Source: Azolla caroliniana (taxonomy: Eukaryota; Plantae; Polypodiophyta). Taken from it: 64,000 nt of DNA. The first letter of the stretch is position 1. Each line of letters starts with the position of its first letter. Shown piece by piece: positions 26,737-38,700 of the stretch. The stretch is taken from the NCBI GenBank assembly GCA_043228905.1, contig JBHGNT010000005.1:248001-312000 (forward strand). The letters run 5' to 3'. The translations under genes and the position numbers were made by a program. The notes beneath the pieces were generated by a model. The model searched no databases and had not been told where the DNA came from. It saw nothing but the letters and a program-made list of their open reading frames with translations.

Positions 26737-27068
26737 TAGAAAATTTGCACTGTCAGCAGAAGAGAATCAATACACAATTATATTGTGGAGTAAAATAAAG
26801 CATATTAAAACATTATTACATTAGATGTGTTAGTTTTAGGAGTATGACTTAGAAAATTAGCACTATGTCAGCAGAAGAGAATCAATGCACAATTATATTG
26901 TGGAGTAAAATAATGCACATTAAAACATTAGATGTGTTAAAATTTTAGGAATATGACTTAGAAAATTAGCACTATGTCAGCAGAAGAGTATCAATAGACA
27001 ATTATACTGTGGCGTAACATAATTAAATTTATTGCATTAGATGTGTTAACATTTTAGAAATATGACTT
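26737..27068. repeat. ~110-bp tandem repeat, 3 copies, between the converging 3' ends of KASI and the Mid1-like gene
   Basis: AGAAAATT(T/A)GCACT(AT)GTCAGCAGAAGAG(A/T)ATCAAT...ATTAGATGTGTTA...TATGACTT at ~26737, ~26849 and ~26958. Confidence 0.85.
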
Positions 27069-27360
27069 TTGCATTCACATGATGGAAGAATACTGAGCGT
27101 ACCACATAAATGAGAGAGAGGATGCATATACATATACATTAGAAATAACATAATAATCTCTGTATGTTCTAGATACTCTACTAAGAGTGATATATATTTG
27201 TGCAACTGACAACCATAACCACAAAATTATATTTGTGCAACTGAAAGAATACATGTGCCACACGATTAAGGGGAAATTCCATCCACAATAGCAAGTTGAT
27301 GAGCTATATCAAATACATTGAAAATGATCATTCCATTTTTACACGTGATCAAGCATGGAT

Positions 27361-29684
27361 CTACCCTCCAATTGCATTCAAATTGCCAGCAAGATTACAA
27401 TTAGGCCAGTCATGATAGTCTCTCGAATCTTTCCATGGACACTGAAAAGTAGCTCAACAAAATATGTTAGCAAGGTGGCCTACTGATAGAATTATGCTCT
27501 ATAGTAGCAGCAAAAGAAAATTGTTGTAAAATGCTGTTAAAACATACCGTAAATCCAACTGCATAAGGGCATTTTCGATAAACATCAAAGCACACTCCTC
27601 GACAAGTCTTGATGATAGTATAGTTGACATATATAGTAGGGTGTAATTTAGTGCCATATATTGCATGTTCTACATCAAAGGGTCCAAGTGCTGATGCATG
27701 TAATGGTGGCGATGGAGTACATTGTGGAAAAGAAACCGCACATACCTTAGGAACACCAAAAAATTTAGAATTTTCGAATATAATTGTGATATGTGAAATT
27801 CAGAATCTTAGAACATATTTCTTATGAGAAATAGAACAATAGTTTAGGGGCAAAGAACATATGATATACATGGTGTATAAGTATGTTTTTTGCCTTACCC
27901 AATGTTTGTATGCATCCAAACAATCAGTGCATTGCCAGGTATGCCGGTCTCGACAATTCATGAAGGTCAAAAAATCCTTGCAATACGAGTTTGGTTAGTA
28001 AACTGCTGAAATTGGAAACTCCGAAACACATATTGAGCATTATATAGATAAAATGCAACACACATCAAAAGTTCAAATCCTGAATTGTTGCCTATGATTA
28101 CACATACAATTTAAATACCAAAATAGGATAGTCTTAACAAATTAGAATCCATCTTTACTAATCACTGTACGCAATATACTCAATTCCACACCTAAATGGG
28201 TCAAGCATAGAAATTAACATTAAATACCTTGCTAATAACAAACATAGAGAAGAATATCTACATTGTGCATGCACGATCATGATCAAACAGATGTGATATC
28301 ATGACCCTTTAGAATAACTAATTTGATCAAGGTTCAATGCAACAAAAATATTTTTTTACTTCATTGTGCCCATATTGAATGGAATTTTCATACCATATTA
28401 TTTTAACAGACTCCAAAACTTACTTTCAATCTATTATAATGGCATTCAGCAAATCGGTCCTCCTTTTTTCCAGGGGGGAGTCCAGTATTTACTTCAACAC
28501 GTGCTTGGTAACTGACAATTGATGCTGAAATTTAGAGGCAAACAGTTAATTCTGTAACATCAGAGTCTGGTACTCTTGCTAGCTTTATTTGGCACGACAT
28601 ACAGTATGCATACAACATGACGACAAAAACCATTGATATTTATCAACTACTTCATGGACAGAGGGAGATTATGCCATAAAAATGTGTACATAGGTGAAGT
28701 GCATAGACAATGAGATTTTATATTTCTCTATATAACTAAGCAGCGGACTAGGTTTATTCATACAGATATATAGCCATCATTGTCAATACAGGCTTGATAC
28801 CCAAATTTGTAAATAAAATACACTTCTTTGAAAGGATGACAATTTGAACCCTTCACACCATAGAATTAAAATGAAAGTAGAATCACAATGATGTATCAAA
28901 AGAGAAAGAAAGTTACCATCACAAAACCATGGTTCAATGGTTGAGGTGGTGAATGGCGATTGTGTGTCTGTCCATGAGTAGGATGTACTTACAGGACTAA
29001 TTGTTATGCATTGATGAGCATTACAATCTTCCTGAAATTCAAACACCTGTATTGGTTACAATCTTATTTCTCCCTGAAACAGGTAAATAGTGCATGACTC
29101 ACTGGCACTGCCAGTGTAAAGATATAATCAAATCTAACCTGTACACATAAAGTTAGATATAATCGAAGGGAATATAAAATGGTCGGTTCCCTAATAAATT
29201 ATTTTAGGAATTACCTTCAGTCTTCTTGCCTTGAGAAATTTCAATACTCCCACCCCACATGGAAAATGCCACTATTCAATTTAATAGAAACCATGAAACC
29301 ATAAGTGAATGAAAAAGGAATGGGAAAAGAATACCAGGTAAGAGTCATATCTATACTCTCCATCTGAACCAACAGATGGGATAATGGTACAAGGTTGAGG
29401 TGTCAATGATGAACAGTCCGGTGATAACACTGGAGTCCAGGTCTGAGCCAAACAATGCCATGCTGTATGCAGCAAACAGCAATCAAAATAATCAGTAACC
29501 AACAGTGATTTTTCTTTTAAAGATATATATGCAACATATACATACATAAATGCATATAATATATATATGTACAGACACACATGCATTTATGTTATAAGCT
29601 ACTTGTTTTAGATATATAAAATGCAGGGCAAAAATACGAAATACCAGACTTTTTCTTTGCTTCCCAGATGCCCTTTGCTTTCAT
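27361..29684 (-). CDS. Cysteine-rich Mid1/NLF-1(FAM155)-like protein (Frizzled-CRD-related), 9 coding exons (29684-29645, 29462-29335, 29271-29215, 29138-29103, 29031[or 29046]-28917, 28524-28424, 27976-27899, 27745-27548, 27441-27361), ~277-282 aa
   Basis: GT-AG exons join into one open frame ending ...PWFCDASIVSYQARVEVNTGLPPGKKEDRFAECHYNRLKDFLTFMNCRDRHTWQCTDCLDAYKHWVCAVSFPQC...IIKTCRGVCFDVYRKCPYAVGFTCPWKDSRDYHDWPNCNLAGNLNAIGG*. This matches the Mid1 pattern FC..V.Y / C.DC..AYK.W.CAV..P.C / C...C..V...CP...GF.CP...Y...CN as I recall it. The 5' exons are less certain. A probable 5'-UTR exon ends at ~30624. Confidence 0.78.
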
Positions 29685-30779
29685 CGCAAGAGCACTTAGA
29701 TGCACTTCTTGATCAACTATATGATCATTTCATCCCCTTTTTCTTTCTTTAGAGTGTTGACAAAGTGCATTTGGGGAACAAAGAAAAATCAGGGGCATTT
29801 GGGAAATAAATAAAAATTCAGGGATATTCCCTTAACTGTGTATGCATAAAATGGCTAGTTAATCAAATACAATTCTATTATTACTACTATCATTACAATT
29901 ATCATTGACTGCATTTTTCCTTTATATTTTCAAAATTCTCAGTCTTTTCTAGACATAATGATAAAAGAAACCCATTTTGAGAGCATATCCTTTGTAAAAC
30001 CTCTTATTGTTTTACGTTTCAAAAAGGAAATGTAAGTGTTATTTTTATCTGAACATTCTTATGAAATTTTCTTCTTCCCATTTAAGAGAAAGGAAAAACT
30101 ATAGAATCTCAAATATCCAATAATCACATAACACACAATTCAATTATTCTAGGAGGCTACATATTTTATTCCGTTGATGAAAATTCTCATTTTTCGTCCA
30201 TACAAGACTAAAAATGGAAAGCTATAGTAGAATCTTACAATGCTTAATGATCACATAATACACAATCCATAAGGCACTTGTTCTTAACACCATCATCCTT
30301 TTCTTCCTTTAATCTCATAATAACCATCAACACATCTTGATTGGAAAGCACTAAGAACCTGCCATTAAAGTCAATATTTGTTTTCTTGTTTATGTTTTCT
30401 AATAAAAAATCTTCCAACATAGTTATTCTCTATTTTTCTTGCCTAAACTGAACCTTCCAGATAATTCAGTCTTTATTTTCCTAATTCATACAAAAACATC
30501 GTTCTGATTAGCAGGAAGTAAAGGAAATACCATTTTGAATGAATCTGTTTTGTACTTTTATTTTCTGCTTTTAGTGCAAGAAAGAGAGAGATAGAAACGA
30601 GAAGTAGATCTAGATATAGATACCTGAAAATGAGGACGAGGATAGTTAACTTGATTGCAGAAGAACAGAACAGAGCAGGCAAGGCAATGCAAGGCAAGGC
30701 ACACACACGGTCGATCGATCGATAAACAGTTGGTTGTTTTTTAACAAATACAATATATATTTCTATTCTCCATTTCTAA

Positions 30780-31890
30780 CTCCATCTTCATCAAATAATT
30801 ACAAATATAGCCCTCTAATCCCCCAACCTTCCCCAAATAATTATATCTTGTCCTTCATCCAAGAGAAGTTTCACCCACGCCATTCACTCTACAATAAAGG
30901 CCAAAGGTCCATATTTTGAACCAAAGAGCCCTTGGTTGGATGATTATTTGATTATGGAAGTTCCAATGGCATTGAAAACTCCATTTCAATTTCAACGAGA
31001 TGATGTTTGTAGAAGGATCTACTATAGAACTTTTAATGAAACTCATTAGGTGGGAATCCATTCATCATATATCATGCTCAGCAAGTCAAGTATAGCTATC
31101 CATTCTTTCTCAGCAAGATCATGTTTGCAAAAGGATCTACTATAGAACTTTTAATGAGACTCATTAGGTGGGAATCCATTCATCATATATTATGCTCAAC
31201 AAGACTTATGTTAATGGTTGTTTTGAGAGTGGATTGCATTGCTGGTATGACTACCAGAATAACCTACTTACCACCAAATTCTTTATCAATTAGAGGAGTA
31301 GGTATCTATATTTCATCGGTCCCTTTCTATCTTCATTGGTTCATCAATCACTCTATCTTCCTTGGCAACACATATAACCTATATTCAAGTTTCTCTAAGC
31401 ATTTCTCATACATTTGTTTCCTCCTAGCATGAACACTTAGCTTCCTTATATGTCTATTATTATAGCCAACATCAACAACAAACTTGTGCACCAAGCCATG
31501 TTCAAGATAAGTGGCACATTTCAACGAATATAATCAAAGACAATCAAATTGCACAATTCTTCTTCTAGACTAAACTTGAACATGTGCTATTTTGCCAAAC
31601 TAACCATTTGATCTATAGCCTCAACCAACATATGGGGGAATCTTTAGCCTTATGAGAAAGGGAATAGGAATTAGGAAAAGGGCGTAAGAGTAAATTAGAT
31701 GGTATGCTTATGCCATTATGCATGGATAGGTAGTCTATAACAAAGAATTTGTCTCATATTGGCCCTGGGGGAATCTTTAGCCTTATGAGAAAGGGAATAG
31801 GAATTAGGAAAGGGGTGTAAGAATAAATTAGATGGCATGCTTATGCCATTATGCATGGATAGGTAGTCTATAACAAAGAATTCGTCTCAC
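30780..31890. mobile_element. Highly degenerate retroelement-like remnant containing two tandem duplications (~120 bp at 31003-31200; ~130 bp at 31635-31890)
   Basis: The duplications are directly visible (GGATCTACTATAGAACTTTTAATGA x2; GGGGAATCTTTAGCCTTATGAGAAAGGG x2). Only a weak integrase-like trace (FGKIAH) on the minus strand near 31590. Confidence 0.35.
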
Positions 31891-32779
31891 ATGCTTTCAA
31901 AGATACCACAACATTTCCTAGTGTTACCATTATATTACCAATACAAAATGTTTACAAAATGCAAATAAATATGCAATACCCTTGACAAATTCAACTAGTG
32001 ACATAATCCGTCTTTCCTAGGTAATCTTTTACGAGACACAATCATACAATGGAGTCAATCAGGAGATACATCCAGTAGATTGGTAACAAGGGTCTTCACA
32101 ATGGTCATTGAGATTACTATTAGCCCAAGGCCACAGACAAGCTCCAATGGCATTTCCACATGCCAAGAGCATTTCAATTGGAGCTGGATTAGATCCAATA
32201 ACATGATGAACTTGATTAGACACAATTACAACTGCACAAGAATTTCAAAAAGATCAGAACATAGATGAAACCAGTTCATCAGATCTAATATATTAGCGTG
32301 AAAGTTGATGAAAAGAGCTGCTTTGCAACATTTCCATGGATATAATCAAAACATTAACTAGAAGGTTAATACTGGAAAACTGCTGATGATATGGCCCTAA
32401 TTATTTTTATCATTTAGAAAACTTTACATCCACATTTACCAAGAAGGTAATTCATCTGTCACATGAATGCATCATGAAATCATGATTTTTCATCTGGGAT
32501 TTACCAATTCACACTAACACTCGTTTCTTTTCCTAATATTCTGCCCTCAATAATAAATTGATCTATTAAGAGCATTACCATCCATTTATTCCGTTTGCAT
32601 TGACAACATCAAAAACGCATTTCCGGGAGTAAAGAATAGGATCCATGTGGTGAATAAAATGAAGTTATGGTGAGCATAAGCTTAGAATTTAGAGCTTTCT
32701 CCTTCGAAAACCCTTCTAGTTCAGCATTTTCTAGTGTTTTCTTATACATTTCACATTTTTTTCGTTTTCCTCATGTGTT

Positions 32780-35700
32780 CTAGAAAGCTTCAGCCATTAT
32801 CAGAAGAATCAGAGATGTCCATCCTGTGAAGGGATGAGCTCCTTTGCCCTTTCCTTCTGCAGCATTGTCATATTGTTCCCATAGATAACCACTCTCATAG
32901 TAGGAATTCACCACATTCCTTCCAGTGTGAAAAGAAACAAGATATGTAAGGCAAGTTTAATAACCTTCACATGTAACTGAAGTAGAAATGTATATATAAT
33001 ATCCGTACTAACCTCATTAAATTTTCTCGAAGTTTTGTATATATCTCTAATGCTTTACCCTTGTATGGTCCAGGTTCTGCCGATATCCATTCAATAATTG
33101 AGAAGAATAAAACCGTCATTCAAAAAGTAGTAAGAAGGAATGAGAGATACCTTGAGAATAATGATACAAGGATCGAAGAATTAGATAGTTTATGTTTATC
33201 CATACAGCACCCCTCCAGTATGGTGGATCATGCTCAGTATTATGCTTCATGTATAATGAACTGTGCACAATATATTGAAAGATAAACTGAATATATTGAC
33301 ATCCTAATGAGCCACTCCCCTGGATAACCAATACGTCTTGCTACATTAATGTTTTTCTATATTTACCTTGTGGTTGCAAGTGACCGTAAACCAAACCCTG
33401 TCCAAAGTAATTTGTCATCCTCTATAAGCCTCAAATGCTTTTCAACTATTGGGGAATCCTATATAACATAATAACCAAATGTTTCTCATTTATGAAGCTA
33501 GTTAAGCGTGGATAAAATTAGTGATTTTGATACTCACAGCTGGTAAAATCTTGATGATGAAAGGAAAGAGGCTAACATATCCGAAGTGAGGGACAAATTG
33601 GGGCCGGGGCCGTCCCTGGACAGCTCTTACTAGCTCCTGTCTCATGTATCCATCCTTTGAATCCTGCCAAACCTTCCAAGACAAGCTGACCTGCAAGAAT
33701 GAAGTATATTTTCTTAATAGATGCTAATATTTACATATATTAGATCAAAAAATTGAATAACTGAATATAAGCACCTTTTCTGTATGGTTCCCATAGTCAT
33801 AATAGCGGCCTGTTGCAGAATTATAATGCAACTTGCATTTCCAACAAAGAAAAAAGAAACTATATCAATCCTGTATGCAAATGATCCTTTACCCTACATA
33901 CGTTGTGAGAATACCTTATTTAGAAGATCCACATCCCATAAAAGCTTGGTTATTGTTTCATACTCCTGCTCATAAAGAAATTCTCAATTCATTACTCTTT
34001 GAGAAATGATTGTAGTTCTATTTGCTGCATAAGCCAGGTGTAGGAGTTTCAAAGCGCCATTAAATGACTAGCAATGAAGTCTACAAAAAAACTAAAAATG
34101 AAGTCTTACATTGCCATGTTCATTTAGAATTGAGGAGATGGAGGCCATTGACTTTGCTGCTAAAGACATCCAGCACCTGAGATCCAGATGTCTTTCATCT
34201 TGACTGGGGTGAGAAGCGCGGGGATAATCATCCAGACCAGAAGAGAGTGACTGCAATTATTGAATGAATTGCAAATAACATTAACTAGCAAGTTAGTGCA
34301 ACAGGTCTTTTGGCATAGTATAAATTAAGCTTAGCCGAACAAATTTTGACTCTCACAATGTTTACAGTTTTTCACCTTTGGGTTAAGTTCACGGTTTGTA
34401 GCTCCATTTCTTCCATGCCAAAAGTAGCTTCCATGGATCTTACCTAAAGATGGGAAAATATAAATTTTACTGATCATCAGTTACTAACAAAAGCTAAATG
34501 ACATTCTGTAAAGCCTCAGAAAAGAAAATCAACACAATCTCTTCATATAAATGGGAATTATACTCTACCCAGCTATATATATATATTTTCCTGTTGTTTT
34601 AAGTGTGAAAGTGCCAAAAGAACCTGAACTCACCACCCTAAACCCGCAACCCAAAGAATCACCCACTAAGTTCATCATATTCTCTTGAATACATTGCTTA
34701 AATTAACAAAGTTGAACGATGGCCATGTCTGTCTGCATTTTCTACAATATCTGATCCTCTGCGTTTTCTGCCAAATCTGATCCTGTGAATTTTCTGCCAA
34801 GTCGGATCCTCTGTGTTTTCTGCAATGTCAGACTAATCTGTGTCCTCTTTGCCTAATCTCTACATTCCTGGTTTCTACATTGTTCCCTCTACCCTCCGTA
34901 TTTCTGATTATACCCTGTACCTGCTGTCCTAAGACACCATGGATTCTAAATGGACAGAAAATGAAGGTATGGATCTCAAAACGCACAAAGAGAATCCAAA
35001 TCCATGGAAGATCCCAAGAAGATACCACAGAAGCAAAGGACAAGATGGAAGCACCCTGAATACTGTTAGAAGGGCACACAACGTACCCAAAATGCAGGTT
35101 CCATTCGACATTCCATTTGATGTTGAAGATGGGAGACATGATCTATGAAAATTATGCAAGAGATTAATCTTATCAGAGAGGATACAGAAAGGGCATTAAA
35201 AGAGGAAATGAAAAGGAGATGGGGAAACATAAAACAGAGCTGTATAACTCTCTCAAGATTGAGTTATTAGAAGAGCTACGAAAAGGGGTCAATAAATCAG
35301 GTTAGGATTACATGACGCTATTAATACCATAAGGATGACATGTCAAGATTGAGTTAGTAGCTATACAAATCGATTTAGAAAAAGGACAAGAAGAAGTGGA
35401 AAAATGCATCTCTACTGTTAAAGCCAATGTAACTAACGAAACACAAAAATGGGCAGAGATGGCCAAAGATGCCACAGCTCAAGCTGATCATGCCTGACAA
35501 GATAAAGCAAAAAGGAGCATCAGTGGATAGGATGGAAATGATGAACAATATTAGAAGAAAAGCCAAGAGGAAAGCTCGTGCATTGCATGTACGAGTGGTT
35601 GGTTTAGCCCACAAGAAGATGCCAAGAATCTCGGAGCAAAGATTGGAGCATCAGATATTCCAATTTCTTCAGCGTGGTGGGTGGGAAGAGATGGATATGG

Positions 35701-38700
35701 ACAAGAAAATAGGTTTTCTATCTAAAAGAAGGGCACTCAAGGGTTAGAAAATATACTTAGATGATGATCTCACTCCAGCTGAAATGGCACACCACAAAGA
35801 AAACATGCCACTAGTGCTCGACACAAGAAATGAATGTATATAGAGATGGTAAGATCATTATTACAGAGAGGAGAACCACATGATGATGTATGCCTATGCG
35901 ACCCTACGCATGACTATGGAATTGCAATGGATCTCTACCAACAATAGCCGGATATTTTGAAGATACCTTCAAAAACACAAATATTGCTATGCATAGAGAG
36001 AACCAATGCATTGTTAGCAAACTAGCTGCTATACAAGGATATACATGGCAGTCAGTGTCGTCCCCAACCTCGGACACCGGGAAGCACTAGAGGTTTGGGA
36101 GGAGTGGCTGTGTTATAAAAAAAGAAGCTCCATGATAGCGTGCATGTTGTGCGTAAGGATGTAGATGCACGTTACATGTGGTTATGAATCAAACGAGGGG
36201 ATCTTAGGGAACTATATATTGCAGTTTTATGGATCTTACGGAACTATGTTTGACACCAATGAGGCTGTTTATGGAGAAGTTATGGCAGAAGAGGTTGGTC
36301 TAAAGCAACAAGCTCAAGATATAGGTGCTATAACTGAATATGGCAAACACTTTCTAGTCTTGGGAAGTGCACATGGATTTGTGATATATAATGAATTGTC
36401 AAAATGGCCTGGATCGGATGCTTTGACAGGTTGGAGCCCAAAAGGCGGTGCAAGCACAATCAATTACTTGAAATAAGAGAGTTCACTATATCTGGTAGAC
36501 CATTCATATCTACGCTTTGAGGTGAAGGATGGAAGGGATGTATATGCTAAGGAGAGTGGGCTGGCTAAGAATCAATTTACTCGAGAGACAATTGATGTGC
36601 ACAGTTGTGGAGTATACAATGGCATGCTAGATTTGGATCCTTTCCCACCCCTAGATGGTTACCCAAGGATTGTCAAAATCATCGCATGAAGCAGCCACAA
36701 ATGGCTTTCCTCACACAACAACCAATCCCCCCAAACTTGGTAGTCATATAAAATAGTTGGCATGATGAGGAATGTCGTGATACAAGGAGATGCTTGCAAT
36801 ATGAAATAACTCGAAACATTTATACACACAAACAAGCAAGAGCAACTTCCCAACGCCTCATAAGGAAGAAGAAGGGATCATATTTAGCTAAATTTGAAGA
36901 ACATTTGCAACCTACCACATAAGTCACCTCACCTCAAGTGTGGCATGAATATGCAAAGGTTCTATATGATATCCCGGGGCAACCTCCTCTTCCCCACCCA
37001 CTTGGCTCACGCACACATGAATCCACCTTTTTCACTCCAAAAAATGTAGGAAATGCCATTGATCGATTATAATTTAGGCAAGGCCCAAGATCACGATAGA
37101 TTGGTTGGTGAGCACTTTATCTATGCCTGTGACATCTTGCTCCCATTGATTGCACACATCTTTAATAGAGCCATGTGTGAATGTTTCCATACTAGATGGA
37201 CTCAGCATACCATTGTGCCAATCCTCAAGAGTGGTGACCCCATGATGCCAAACAACTATAGAGGAATCAAGATTGCCATTACTTGGCTTAATTCTATGGC
37301 TCAATTCTAGAGTTAGAATTGAATATATGGGCAGAGCGGAATGGCTGCCACTCAGCCGGACAGGCAGGCTTTCGGAAGGGGTTCACAACTTTCAATCACA
37401 TATTGACCTTCTGAACCCTTATTGAGGAGGGGAGAGCCCACAATAAGGGTTCCTACAGATGCAATGATGACTCTATGCACTCTATGAATCCGTGTTAGGA
37501 AACATGCAGTCTTCCAAGTTTTTGTCAGAGGCGGTGGCTAGCACAATCAGAGTGAAGCAAGGATGCCCATTATCGGCCACTCTCTTCAGTCTCTATATAG
37601 ATGACATATCACATTACAATGGGGGATTCAGAGGTTCGGGAGCATGCCTAACGGGTATAGCTGTACACATATTACTATATGCTAATGATATTGTGCTGAT
37701 TTCTGACTCTCCAGAGGGACTACAACGACATCTAAGTGCCTTAAAACTATTTTGTACGGACAAAGATTTGTTGATAAACATGGATAAATCTAAGTGATGG
37801 TGTTTAGCAATATTCGAGCATGGGGAACAAGATCAGACCCAGAATTCTTCTTGGGGGAAGAAAAGGTGGAATACACATGCTCCTACACATACCTAGGAGT
37901 CACATTTATAGGGCCTAGGTTCTCCTTACGGGAGGTTGCTTGTGCCTGACTTTCTCATGGATATGTAGCCTTTGGTGCTCTCGAAAGACAATGTGCACAT
38001 TTGCAGTGCCAAGAGCCATGAACTAGTTGTGGTTATCTGATATACTGGTCACATCAACTCTTCTCTATGGAATAGAAACGTGAGGACCGAGTCTTAACAA
38101 GGAAAATCATTGGAAAGATTTAGAGAGACCTTTTGAGTCAATGATTGCCCGCATGATAAGGACCAAAGCATCAGTGTCCCATGATATAATCCAGGCAGAG
38201 ATGGGAGCAGCCCCTTGAAAGACCTTAATATATCTTTCTTTATTTCTTTCTTATACTCCCTAGTTCTTTCTCTTCTTCTTCTTTTGTAAGAAACCACACA
38301 TTCCTGTGCACATATTCATAACTCAACAACAATATCCTTTTCAAGTAGCAGAGTGTTTTCAACACAAGGATCAGCTTCAAAACAATTCATATCCAAATAA
38401 CTTATTAAAATCTAGCAGGATTCAGACCTGACAGCAGTTTTCTACAGATTTTAATTGTTTAGATGTTTATCTTACTAAAACACATTGCCCTGCATTAGCA
38501 TGGACCACTACTTTTATCAGCATATTTTTATGTGCATATTGTAATGATGAACAAAATCTAAATACACTTATTATAAATGTTCTAAGAGTCTATCCATGTG
38601 ATTGCCACTAATCTCGTTCATGCAAGACATACCACATTAAGCAACATGAAAAAGTTAACCCTTTTGTAATCACCTGCCTGACTGGTGTTAAACCAGTTAA

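Noticed and set aside
26737-27068. Regular repeats resembling a CRISPR array (also 2360-2610 and 58748-58885)
   Set aside because: The units are contiguous tandem copies without unique spacers, the context is eukaryotic, and no cas genes are present.
27977-28006. Upstream CAG acceptor for the Mid1-like exon ending at 27899
   Set aside because: It would introduce an in-frame TAA. The segment contains the CTAAC branch point, so the AAG before 27976 is preferred.
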